NCBI GenBank assembly: GCA_023700245.1
Contig: JAJPRE010000005.1
Coordinates: 7,106-71,105, forward strand
Direction: 5' to 3'
Source: Candidatus Thalassarchaeaceae archaeon
GTDB taxonomy: Archaea; Thermoplasmatota; Poseidoniia; Poseidoniales; Thalassarchaeaceae
DNA length: 64,000 nt
Part shown: piece after piece, positions 30,116-39,785 of the stretch
How the letters are laid out: each line of letters starts with the position of its first letter
Numbering within the stretch: position 1 is the first letter of the stretch
The notes under the pieces: generated by a model
Databases searched by the model: none
What the model saw: the letters and a program-made list of their open reading frames with translations, nothing else
What the model was told of the DNA's origin: nothing
Position numbers and translations under genes: made by a program

Positions 30116-30121
30116 TATTCC

Positions 30122-30688
30122 TCACTTGACAAAACCGGGGTTTGGATTACTTAATGGCTCGGTGCCATTTAAATTTTCATTTCCGGAAGTAAGTATCTTA
30201 CTTGCAGAACGTACAGAATCAACAATTTGCTGATAGCCCGTGCATCTACATAAATTTCCCTCTATAGCATTTTTGATTTCATCATCATCAGGAGATGGAT
30301 TATTATTTAAAAGTGCAGAAATAACAACCAAAAAACCTGGAGTGCAGAATCCACATTGACTACCTCCGCATTCAGCAAAGGTTTCTTGAATAGGATGCAG
30401 ATGATGGCCTTCTGAAAGCCCTTCAACTGTTGTTATGTTAGTTTCTTGAACTTCTTGTGCTAATGTCAGACAAGATAGTTTTGGGACGCCATCGATTAAT
30501 ACTGCGCAACAGCCGCATGTCCCCATGTCGCAGCCCCTTTTTACTCCCAGTGTACCGACTTGATCACGTAGTACATCAAGAAGAATAGAATTACTATCAA
30601 TTGAGGATACAAACGATTTCCCATTTACAGTAGACTTCCAAGGAGTTTTATCCAAATTAGAAATCATTGGAAGGCGGTACTGAGACAT
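30122..30688 (-). CDS. hcrC: 2x[2Fe-2S] subunit (CoxS/HcrC-like)
   Basis: GCDMGTCGCC...SC and QCGFCTPG...NLCRCTGY motifs. Confidence 0.85.
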   Translation of the reverse strand: MSQYRLPMISNLDKTPWKSTVNGKSFVSSIDSNSILLDVLRDQVGTLGVKRGCDMGTCGCCAVLIDGVPKLSCLTLAQEVQETNITTVEGLSEGHHLHPIQETFAECGGSQCGFCTPGFLVVISALLNNNPSPDDDEIKNAIEGNLCRCTGYQQIVDSVRSASKILTSGNENLNGTEPLSNPNPGFVK

Positions 30689-30693
30689 GATTA

Positions 30694-31401
30694 CTAAATC
30701 CCATCCACTATAGTATTTTGAGCATTCGGTTTCAATTTGCTATTTTGGATGTCCAAATCTTCTATTGCCTTACGTATTATTGATAATTCAGCTCTTTGAA
30801 TATGCTCGCCAAGTGTGCTCCTAGCCATCCCTAATTCTTCAGATAATTCCTTCAGAGTAATTCTTGATTCTTTTTCATAATAACCTCTATAAGCAGCGTA
30901 AGTGAGTGTTTCTTTTTGCCTATTTGTCAAAGAGTCTGTCCAATCATTAATATGATTTCCTTTTAATGATTGGACACTTATCTTATCTGGTGGCATTACC
31001 GACCTTAGCAATGAAACAAAATTTCGAACTGATTCAGAAATTCCAGATATCCTCAAAATCATTCCACTATCTTTAGATATTCCATAAGGTGTTTGAACAT
31101 GAATATTGGACATTTTGATTCCAGACAATACTAATGGATGTGTACAAAGTAGGCTAACTAATATGCCATCTTCATCTTCCTCATATTGTTTAATTATTTT
31201 AAAATTGGGTAGTTTTTTGAAATCATCTAAGCCTTTATTTTTTTGAAATTTTATCTCTGCCAATTGAGTTATGCCATCCATAGAAATTGATAGGTGTCCA
31301 AGAACTTCAATTTTTTCAACTATTTTTAGAAAGTTTGCCAAATCATGTGATTTATGTAAAGAATCAAGATTCCATCGAATCGCGACCTTACGCATAATCA
31401 T
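30694..31401 (-). CDS. Transcriptional regulator with a C-terminal Bat/HTH_10 domain
   Basis: LTNRQKETL..A...GYY...R.TLKELSEELGMARSTLGEHIQRAE motif. Confidence 0.85.
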   Translation of the reverse strand: MIMRKVAIRWNLDSLHKSHDLANFLKIVEKIEVLGHLSISMDGITQLAEIKFQKNKGLDDFKKLPNFKIIKQYEEDEDGILVSLLCTHPLVLSGIKMSNIHVQTPYGISKDSGMILRISGISESVRNFVSLLRSVMPPDKISVQSLKGNHINDWTDSLTNRQKETLTYAAYRGYYEKESRITLKELSEELGMARSTLGEHIQRAELSIIRKAIEDLDIQNSKLKPNAQNTIVDGI

Positions 31402-31436
31402 TTCAAGTCGGGACGATTTATTGAATCCTACTGATG

Positions 31437-32651
31437 CTAAGTCCAGTAAGATTCCCGAATTTCTTGATTAGTTTCCATACAAATGACTACATCTGAGGGC
31501 CTATTATTCATTGAATCGGTCCCATTAAGATGCCTTATTATTGGCAGAACATTGCTTTCATTGACTACGCCCCATCCAACTTGTGTACATGGTGCAACTG
31601 GAGAGATTGGCGTTGTACCTGAAAGAGGATCCCAAGTTGAGAAAGAAGGATACCATGCAGACATATTTAGTGCATCTCGGATATCATCATTTGTGATTTT
31701 AAAATTCGTCCCATTAATGATATATTTATCCCTAATCAAAGGATCTGCACCTGAAGATGAGTCATTAAATTCGTTTCGTAAATTCATTATAATTTTTGAT
31801 AACAAACCTGCAGTCCTCGGAGTGGCGAAAGAAGTTCCTGAAGTTTCATGGTATCCATCAATATCATCATGATTGGGTAAAATTTGAGTCCAATCTGCCG
31901 CCATATCTGGATATGAACCACTCATTGTTTCTTTCTGATCATCACCTTCTTCGGCATAGCCCGATATTCCAATACTCCACGGAGGCCCTGCAGTTGAATC
32001 TTGAACTGCCGGGGATGGAGAATTGTCTGCAGCACCAGTATGTATTTTTCCATTTTGAACAACAGCAACTTTAGTTGCGTCTTCGATACCAGGCACTGGG
32101 ACAGATCCAATAGGCCCGAAACTAGTAGTTATTATGTCTACAAGAGGTTGATTCGCCGCCGCTAAGACAGCCTCATCACTAAATCCTTCTACAAAGAATA
32201 TTACTGCATCCGGATTAGCATTCAGTACTGCACCTGTAACAGCCGTCCCATGCCCATCAGCAGGATCATCCAAAATTGGAATATCTGTATCATCATCAGG
32301 AGAAGTTCCGATAATTCTAGTCCCTTGGAACCACACAATATCTGTAGAAGTAATTAAGTCCCAACATGATTCTTTATCAGATTGATATCTTTCTTCCCAT
32401 GTTCCATTAGATGCGATATCACAAATCATTGTAACTCCTAATCCATTCAAAAGCCAATCTGGATAATCTTCCTCCATAATAAAATGATCATGATATACAT
32501 TTATGCCGGTGTCGACAGGAGCAACTACACTATAAGAGCCGAAAGTATTTGCAACATTTATTGGCTGATATTCTCCTTCTTTATCATCAAGACAACCTGA
32601 TAACGGAGCCAAAATAAAAATAATTGAGAGAGATATAGCGGTACTGCGCAT
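31437..32651 (-). CDS. S8 family serine peptidase, lipoprotein
   Basis: Lipobox LSGC; triad motifs VDTGIN, GHGTAV, SGTSFATP. Confidence 0.88.
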   Translation of the reverse strand: MRSTAISLSIIFILAPLSGCLDDKEGEYQPINVANTFGSYSVVAPVDTGINVYHDHFIMEEDYPDWLLNGLGVTMICDIASNGTWEERYQSDKESCWDLITSTDIVWFQGTRIIGTSPDDDTDIPILDDPADGHGTAVTGAVLNANPDAVIFFVEGFSDEAVLAAANQPLVDIITTSFGPIGSVPVPGIEDATKVAVVQNGKIHTGAADNSPSPAVQDSTAGPPWSIGISGYAEEGDDQKETMSGSYPDMAADWTQILPNHDDIDGYHETSGTSFATPRTAGLLSKIIMNLRNEFNDSSSGADPLIRDKYIINGTNFKITNDDIRDALNMSAWYPSFSTWDPLSGTTPISPVAPCTQVGWGVVNESNVLPIIRHLNGTDSMNNRPSDVVICMETNQEIRESYWT

Positions 32652-32676
32652 ATCTTTCCGTCTGATACCGCACTTT

Positions 32677-33519
32677 TCATTCTTCGGAATCATTGTGAAG
32701 TTTTTCAAAAGATATTATTTCAGCACAAACTGCTATTGCTATCTCTTCAGGAGAATGTGCCCCGATAGAAAGTCCGATTGGGCAACGAGTTGCATCAATA
32801 AGAGATTGGCGAATATTTGAATCCAATGCGGCTTTCTTGAATGCACTCCATTTAGATTTAGACCCTATAGCGCCCAATCTAGCCCTAGAATCAATATTTA
32901 ATAATGATAAAATACCGATTAACATATCTTGATCAAGGCTCCAATCATGGCCAAGTAATAGAATATCAGAAAATCTATTTAAAGAATTATTATCTTCATT
33001 TTTTAAGAATTCGTCTATTGAGTAATTATGAATTTCTTCTGCAAAGGGAAATCGGTCAGAGTTGGCATAATCTTCTCGGACATCAAAGACGCTATGTGCC
33101 CAACCCAATGTATCTGAAGCCAATGCAATAGCTAAACCTACATGGCCACCCCCCACAATCAAAATATGCGGCATTGAGTCTATTACTTCCATGGCCACCC
33201 TTACTTGCCCTCCGCAAAGGCTGTCCAATGGTATTACTTCTTTGCCTTTGCCATCTTTGTATAATAAAAAGGTATTAATCTCCCCTCCTTTTGACGACAT
33301 AGGTTTTGATTCGTTTAGGAGTTTAGTTAGGGCTATTTCTATTTTTAACTCCAGACCGGCCCCTCCAACTGTACCATATTTTTCTCCATTTTTGATTAAT
33401 GCTAATTTTGCACCAGGCTTACCAGGTACACTTCCTTTTGAATCAATTATGGTTGCAATTGCAACACTATATCCTTGATTTAATTTATCCATAGTCCACG
33501 CAAGAACTGCTCGCGTCAT
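32677..33519 (-). CDS. xdhC: XdhC/CoxI molybdenum cofactor insertion chaperone
   Basis: GSVPGKPGAK, GTVGG, CGG, GGGHVG, IGS..K and PIGLSIGAHSPEEIA motifs. Confidence 0.9.
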   Translation of the reverse strand: MTRAVLAWTMDKLNQGYSVAIATIIDSKGSVPGKPGAKLALIKNGEKYGTVGGAGLELKIEIALTKLLNESKPMSSKGGEINTFLLYKDGKGKEVIPLDSLCGGQVRVAMEVIDSMPHILIVGGGHVGLAIALASDTLGWAHSVFDVREDYANSDRFPFAEEIHNYSIDEFLKNEDNNSLNRFSDILLLGHDWSLDQDMLIGILSLLNIDSRARLGAIGSKSKWSAFKKAALDSNIRQSLIDATRCPIGLSIGAHSPEEIAIAVCAEIISFEKLHNDSEE

Positions 33520-33611
33520 GGCCCTCTCAAGTTAATCAGGTATTTCTGATTAATCTATGATTTTTATAAATAATAATAAAAATCTAAATTTAAAAAAATA
33601 AATAATTTAAA

Positions 33612-34196
33612 TTATTTAATATTTTTTAAGTACTTGAGTAATATTTTTACATCATTTTCTGTATCTACATTCAAATGTAAGTATTCGTCATCTACTACAA
33701 ATTTTTTGGGAATAACTATTTCTCGTAATGGAGTCTCTGATTTTGAATTTATCACCTTACTGATATCCTGCCTTGACAAAATTAAAGGATGCCCTCCTTT
33801 TCCATCTTTAGCAGGGCATGATGTATATTTTATATTGATTAATTTTGATAATGTTGTATCAGAAAATCCAGGCCTATCAATTGGTACAACAATTACTCTA
33901 GAGTCAGCAAGTAATTTTTCTTCAAGATAATTTAATCCTAATTTTAGCGTTCCTGTCCGACCTAATTCAGGAGTTTTATTTATTATTACTTTTACTGATT
34001 GAAAAGATTTATTGATTTCATCTGATAATTCTGTATTGGTAATTATTATTATTTCTAAATGAAATTTTCTTATTTTGTTAACTATATATTTAATTAAATA
34101 TTCCCCATTAATATCTATTAATGACTTTGGTCTTCCAAGCCTTTTACTACGGCCTGCAGCCAATATTATACAAAATGGAAGTTTAGTATTCGACAT
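33612..34196 (-). CDS. mocA: Molybdenum cofactor cytidylyltransferase-like NTP transferase
   Basis: ILAAGRSKRLGRPK, GHP and NVDT motifs; next to xdhC. Confidence 0.8.
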   Translation of the reverse strand: MSNTKLPFCIILAAGRSKRLGRPKSLIDINGEYLIKYIVNKIRKFHLEIIIITNTELSDEINKSFQSVKVIINKTPELGRTGTLKLGLNYLEEKLLADSRVIVVPIDRPGFSDTTLSKLINIKYTSCPAKDGKGGHPLILSRQDISKVINSKSETPLREIVIPKKFVVDDEYLHLNVDTENDVKILLKYLKNIK

Positions 34197-34216
34197 ATGG
34201 GCTCCAAATACTTTGT

Positions 34217-35149
34217 TTAAGAAACTACAAAAAATAAATATACAATATATCCAATAACCATCGTAAATCCTATTTCTTTACCAATTTCTTTGTTACTAAA
34301 CAACATTGCACATACCAGCCCTGAAGAAAATAATAGAATCCATATATCCCTTCCTGCAAAACTAGAATCGACAATTATTCCCCCTCCATAGATTGCAGCA
34401 ATACCCAATATCCCCAAAATGTTCATCACGTTTGATCCCAAAACATTTCCCAATGCAACACCTCCTTGCCCCCTTAGAGCAGAAATCACCGTAACGGCAA
34501 ACTCTGGTAATGAAGTTCCGAGAGCGATGATAGTTAAGCCAATTACAGATTCATTTAATGTATATTTTACCATGATTCCCTCTACTCCTTCCATTAATAA
34601 ATTAGCACCAAACATAACCATTAATCCTCCAGAAAGTAGTGCAATTGATGCAGAATAGGAATTATTGGCCAACCATGAATCAGGATTCTCCTCAGGGATA
34701 TCTAGATTTTTAGCATGATTATATGAATAAGCATAAAATGTAACCAATAATATAAGCATAAATAATCCAATAAATAATGGTATTTCCCCATATAGTGTCG
34801 CTATTACCAAAATTAAAGTAGCTACTAAAACGGCCATTGCATCTCTCCTTATTCCTCTTCCAGGAGATTCTGAAGCACCTAGAATTGCCGCAGTACCAAG
34901 AACCAACATCACATTGGAAATATTTGATCCAATTATTCCACCAACAGCAATATCTGGAGTTCCTTCTTCTAATGCTTTCAAAACTACAGCAAGTTCTGGC
35001 AGAGAAGTTCCAATAGCTACAATGGTAAAACCGACTAAAAGCGGAGGGATATTTAATTTAGTGGCTAAAGTAACTGCCCCCTGGACAAAAACTTCGGCAC
35101 CGGAAATTAACAATATGAAACCCGCAATAATGAGTAACTCATCTGTCAT
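34217..35149 (-). CDS. Calcium/sodium antiporter (YrbG/CaCA family)
   Basis: Two alpha repeats GTSLPE...GSN..N. Confidence 0.92.
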   Translation of the reverse strand: MTDELLIIAGFILLISGAEVFVQGAVTLATKLNIPPLLVGFTIVAIGTSLPELAVVLKALEEGTPDIAVGGIIGSNISNVMLVLGTAAILGASESPGRGIRRDAMAVLVATLILVIATLYGEIPLFIGLFMLILLVTFYAYSYNHAKNLDIPEENPDSWLANNSYSASIALLSGGLMVMFGANLLMEGVEGIMVKYTLNESVIGLTIIALGTSLPEFAVTVISALRGQGGVALGNVLGSNVMNILGILGIAAIYGGGIIVDSSFAGRDIWILLFSSGLVCAMLFSNKEIGKEIGFTMVIGYIVYLFFVVS

Positions 35150-35193
35150 CTGTAAACTAACGGGAGCGCTCCCTACTGAAGACTATTTGCTAA

Positions 35194-38061
35194 TTACTGA
35201 GTGCATAAACTCCTAATATGCCTAATTACTAAGTCATATGTGGGAATTGTGTAATCTTCCAATGGAGGGGAAAATGGTACTGGAGTATCTAAAGCCCCTA
35301 TTACTACTGGAGGGGATTCTAAATTCCAGAATGTTTCTTCTAAGATTCTACTGGAAATCGTATGAGCTAAACCTCCAGTCCACTGAGACTCTTGTAAGAC
35401 TATTAATCTAGAAGTTCGACAAACAGATTGGACGCAAGTTTTGGAATCAAAAGGCAATAATGTTCTCAAATCTATTACTTCTACTTCTATTTTTTCTTTA
35501 GCTGCATGTTTAGCAGCTTTCAATGCTACGTGCACCATTGCACCCCACGTAACAATTGTAATATCTGTCCCTCCTCGAATAACTCTGGCTTGACCAATAG
35601 AATTTTGCCCATTTGCGAGCCTTTTATGAACAGAATCTGTATTAACTAACTGATTAATATTATCTCCCCATCCAGTAATTCCTCCTCGTAATCCATAAAG
35701 CCCTAGATGTTCTAAGAATACAACGGGATCGGGTAATGCATGCCCCTCGATTAGCATATCAAAAGCATCTTGAGGACTACTGGGGAATACAATAATTAGG
35801 CCTGGATCATTAATAAACCATGATTCAATCATATTTGCATGAAATGGCCCACTTCTAGTTTTTCCACCTAGAGGTATTCTCACAGTCAAAGGAACGCTTG
35901 CACCCCATCTCCAACGTAATTGTGCAGCATTATTCACCAATGCATTCATTGCAAGCGCTGCAAATCCTCCAAATTGAATTTCTGCGATGGGCCTCAAACC
36001 TCCTAATGCGGCGCCTGTTGCAGAGTTGATTATTATTGATTCTGAAAGTGGCATATCGAGTAATTTGTCAGAATGCCCTTTTGCTTTTAATGATAAATTC
36101 ATGCCAAATGCACCTGCAATTTCCATATCTTCACCCATAAAAATAATATTTTCTGAATATTTATCTGCTAAAGCGGCCATAGAATTCTGAATTGCACGGC
36201 TAAATGTCCAAGAGTTTGGGGCATCGGAAAATTTGAACAAAGATTCTCCTGGCCGTAACGGTGATTGAGTTTTTTGACTAGTAGATTTTAATCTATCAAT
36301 TTGTTGAGTATGAGTTGGAGCATCGGTTAGGGATGTAATTCCCTTTGTAACGGTATTCGCCTCTGGCCAAGGCATATGTTCCATTTCCTTGCGCGAATTT
36401 TTAACATATATTTCTTCCTTCGATTGTATATTTTCCAATTCTTTCTCGTTTACTCCTAAAGAAATCAATAAATTATGATGATTTGGTATAGGATCTTTTA
36501 ATGACCAATAATTAAGAAGGTCACGTCCCACATAGCCTGGAGGATTGCCTGAAATCGCCCCCAAATACAAATCATCATGATGATGCGCGTGTCCGCATCC
36601 TCTCATAGTTTCGACATGTATCAAAGTTGCACCCCCCCCATCCAATGAAAATTCCCTTGCTACTGCAGTAGATGAGAAAAATTGTGCAGGATCGGATCCA
36701 TCGATTGTCCATGATGGAATCCCCATTGCGATGCCTTTGTCTCCGTATGTTTCCGAACCTGATTGACTTGAAGAAAACGTATCTAAGGCTATTTGATTAT
36801 TTTGTATCATATAACATATTGGGAGGCCCCTTGCTCCGGCAAAATTCATTGCTTCCCAAAATTCTCCACTACTACTACAGCCCTCTCCAACTGGTGCTAA
36901 ATGAAACCTCTCTCTTTGTAATCTATTCGATGCCAATGCAACTCCAGTCAATGTAGCACTTGCAATAGGTAAAGGTGCAGTTGGAGGCAAAATTCCTTTT
37001 TCCCAGTTTCCAATATGTAAATCTCTACCTCCATGGCCGGAATGCCCTCCATCCATGTAGGATCCAGATTTACCCATTTGTGCAGAAAATATTTCCAATG
37101 GAGTTTGTCCCATTGCTAGAGCTAAGCCCGTATCTCTAATCATAGGGGCTATAGCATCAGGAAAATCAATATTTTCTGAATTGGCATCATAATTATTCCT
37201 GAGTGCTGAAGCACAGGCTACAATACCTTCTTGCCAAGTTGAACGAAAACCTTTGCCTGTAAATTTACCGCCATCTGGAAGAGGTACTCCGTTTGTATAA
37301 AGGTCTTTCAAATGTTCATCGAGAATTCGAGTTCTTAGCATCCATTTTTGCCAGGTTAATCTTTGATTCATTGTTATCGAATTTTTATAAGCCAATCTTC
37401 TAAGGCATAATGATATATCTATTAAAAATCTAGAAGCCCTTCTTTTTAAGAATAAATTACCATCTCTTCGAGGTATAATTTCACTTTCCCCAAGATTTAG
37501 AAAGGAAGGGTTGAATAATCTTTCTTCCAACGCTTTGTCAAGATTTTTAATAAAATTAATAGAAAAATCATGAAATTCTTGGCCATCGAATTCATCAATA
37601 GGATTAGATTTACCCCATGATTGAGAAATTAAATTTAGATGGCCATCATGTCTTTCTGCAACAAATCTCAATAATTCATTTATTACCTCATTTTTACATA
37701 ATTTACTCGTAAATAATAAGGATTTTTTAGGAATCCACGAATCGCCCCAGATAATTGGCATTACACTTTGCTTAGAGTCCAGTGACGTGGTGTCTAAGTG
37801 ATCAATCTCCAAAAATTTTTTATTTCTCTGAGTTATTTCATGAGTTAATTGTTCATTTGTAACTGTTATGGGCCTTTCCCATATATTTACACTACGATTT
37901 CTCCCTTGACCAGTATTTGATCTATCGATTGTTACTCTCGCCCTAGTATTGCATTTTTCACATTGTCTGTCCAATTTTATAGTACTTTGATTACGAGTTT
38001 TCCAAATTTGATAATTATCACAAAATGGACATTGCCAAATGCCGTGCCGGGCCACCACCAT
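35194..38061 (-). CDS. 2-oxoacid dehydrogenase E1 alpha/beta fusion with an N-terminal Zn-ribbon extension
   Basis: TPP motif GEG...NN, GR.LH, MGED, PLSE, EIQF, GPFH, FLEH and EVIDLRTL motifs; N-terminal CPFC...CEKC. Confidence 0.85.
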   Translation of the reverse strand: MVVARHGIWQCPFCDNYQIWKTRNQSTIKLDRQCEKCNTRARVTIDRSNTGQGRNRSVNIWERPITVTNEQLTHEITQRNKKFLEIDHLDTTSLDSKQSVMPIIWGDSWIPKKSLLFTSKLCKNEVINELLRFVAERHDGHLNLISQSWGKSNPIDEFDGQEFHDFSINFIKNLDKALEERLFNPSFLNLGESEIIPRRDGNLFLKRRASRFLIDISLCLRRLAYKNSITMNQRLTWQKWMLRTRILDEHLKDLYTNGVPLPDGGKFTGKGFRSTWQEGIVACASALRNNYDANSENIDFPDAIAPMIRDTGLALAMGQTPLEIFSAQMGKSGSYMDGGHSGHGGRDLHIGNWEKGILPPTAPLPIASATLTGVALASNRLQRERFHLAPVGEGCSSSGEFWEAMNFAGARGLPICYMIQNNQIALDTFSSSQSGSETYGDKGIAMGIPSWTIDGSDPAQFFSSTAVAREFSLDGGGATLIHVETMRGCGHAHHHDDLYLGAISGNPPGYVGRDLLNYWSLKDPIPNHHNLLISLGVNEKELENIQSKEEIYVKNSRKEMEHMPWPEANTVTKGITSLTDAPTHTQQIDRLKSTSQKTQSPLRPGESLFKFSDAPNSWTFSRAIQNSMAALADKYSENIIFMGEDMEIAGAFGMNLSLKAKGHSDKLLDMPLSESIIINSATGAALGGLRPIAEIQFGGFAALAMNALVNNAAQLRWRWGASVPLTVRIPLGGKTRSGPFHANMIESWFINDPGLIIVFPSSPQDAFDMLIEGHALPDPVVFLEHLGLYGLRGGITGWGDNINQLVNTDSVHKRLANGQNSIGQARVIRGGTDITIVTWGAMVHVALKAAKHAAKEKIEVEVIDLRTLLPFDSKTCVQSVCRTSRLIVLQESQWTGGLAHTISSRILEETFWNLESPPVVIGALDTPVPFSPPLEDYTIPTYDLVIRHIRSLCTQ

Positions 38062-38215
38062 ACGCGTCGCAATCGATACTTATACAACAAATGTTCGGTT
38101 AACTGGTAATTATTATACCGCAAATATCTTAATTCAACAATAATTTGCATAGATATTGTAATTTTAAAAGATAATACCACTATTAAAGCGAGTACTTATA
38201 ATTATAATACCACAA

Positions 38216-39340
38216 TTAATATTTTTTAACATTTGAATCAATAGTATCTGACCAACTTAAGATCCCACCTTTGAGATTAAACACTGCATTTTTCCCCCAA
38301 CCAGATTTAAAAAGAAGCCTTTGTATGGCTGCGGACCTTACTCCTGACCTACAATATATGACTAAATCTACATTTTTGGGTATTTCTGAAAATCTATCTG
38401 ATACGTTTGAATGCTCGATTCTCAAATTAGTTCCAGAAATACTTGCTATTAGTTCCTCATCCGCCCTCCTAACATCTAAAAGGAATGGTTTCCAACCATT
38501 TTCTTTTTTATTTTTAAACTCAAGTGGCGTAATTTCTAATGCATTATTTTCCTCATTACTCATACAATATTCAGCCTCCGGAGACAACTCGGTAACCAAT
38601 GGCCTAGAGACATTAGCATTAAATTTTAGTATCCTTGAAGACATATTTAAAGCATTAAAAACTAATAATTTACCAGATAAAATATCTCCAATTTCAAGAA
38701 TTATCTTGATAGCTTCCGCAGATTGTATAGAGCCGATGATTCCGGGGAGAACGCCGAGGACGCCCGCCTCTGCGCAATTTGGGGCTAGCTCAATAGGTGG
38801 CATTTCAGGAAATAAATCTCTATAATTTAATCCCTTTTCTAAATTAAAAACTGAAACTTGACCTTCAAATTGATGTATGCTGCCAAATATCCAAGGTTTA
38901 CCTAATATTTCACAGGCATCATTAATTAGGTACCTAGTCGTGAAATTATCAGTACCATCAATTATTATATCAAATTGATTAATTATATGTAATGCATTGC
39001 CCATATTAATTCTTGAATTGAATGTCGTAATTGAAATTTCAGGATTTAGATCCAACAACCTTTCCTTTGCCGATAATACTTTAGAAAAACCTAATCTGTT
39101 GGTTCCGTGAATTACTTGCCTTTGGAGATTTGTAATTTCAACAATATCATCATCAATTATTCCTATTTTTCCAATTCCTGCTGCTGCCAAATATAATAAA
39201 GACGGGGAGCCTAAACCTCCAGCTCCAACTACTAAAATTGATGAGTTTTTTAATTTCTGTTGACCTTTTACTCCGACATGTGGAAGAGTTAGATGCCTAG
39301 CATACCTAACCTTTTCAGAATCGGACAATGGTTCATTCAT
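38216..39340 (-). CDS. moeB: MoeB/ThiF (UbaA/MoeZ-like) adenylyltransferase with a C-terminal rhodanese domain
   Basis: RYARH, GAGGLG, NLQRQ, DGTDNF, CAEAGVLG and rhodanese CRSGVRS motifs. Confidence 0.92.
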   Translation of the reverse strand: MNEPLSDSEKVRYARHLTLPHVGVKGQQKLKNSSILVVGAGGLGSPSLLYLAAAGIGKIGIIDDDIVEITNLQRQVIHGTNRLGFSKVLSAKERLLDLNPEISITTFNSRINMGNALHIINQFDIIIDGTDNFTTRYLINDACEILGKPWIFGSIHQFEGQVSVFNLEKGLNYRDLFPEMPPIELAPNCAEAGVLGVLPGIIGSIQSAEAIKIILEIGDILSGKLLVFNALNMSSRILKFNANVSRPLVTELSPEAEYCMSNEENNALEITPLEFKNKKENGWKPFLLDVRRADEELIASISGTNLRIEHSNVSDRFSEIPKNVDLVIYCRSGVRSAAIQRLLFKSGWGKNAVFNLKGGILSWSDTIDSNVKKY

Positions 39341-39397
39341 GTTTGGCGCGGATGGTGTCTAAATTTGTTCTCTTCGGTCAAAGTAATAAAAAAATAA

Positions 39398-39775
39398 TCA
39401 TAATATAAATATCCTCAGAGAGGCTACAAACCAGCCAGTAATTCCCCAAATCTTAGTGATTTTACTTGCAAGTACTGGATCTATATCTAATTTTAAAAAT
39501 TGATTCAAAATTCTCTTTATGTAGTTTTGACCTAACGGATCATCGGCACGTGGAATTTTTCTAAATTTTCTTTCCATGTCCGTTAAAATACAATAGCCAT
39601 CTCTGATTAACCAACAAAATTCTGTCAAGCCATAGAGAATAAATACTCCCCACCACATCCATTCATATGGTCCAATCCACATAAATGCACAAAAAATAGT
39701 AATAAATAGATGTAATAAATAGAATAAGTCTGCTATTCTATTATTTATCCAACTTATTTCAGTTTCACTTGACAA
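39398..39775 (-). CDS. DUF2784-like membrane protein
   Basis: H-containing TM helix and CILTDMER (CPLT.xE-like) motif; GAGGTG SD. Confidence 0.6.
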   Translation of the reverse strand: MSSETEISWINNRIADLFYLLHLFITIFCAFMWIGPYEWMWWGVFILYGLTEFCWLIRDGYCILTDMERKFRKIPRADDPLGQNYIKRILNQFLKLDIDPVLASKITKIWGITGWFVASLRIFIL

Positions 39776-39785
39776 TTATGCACCT

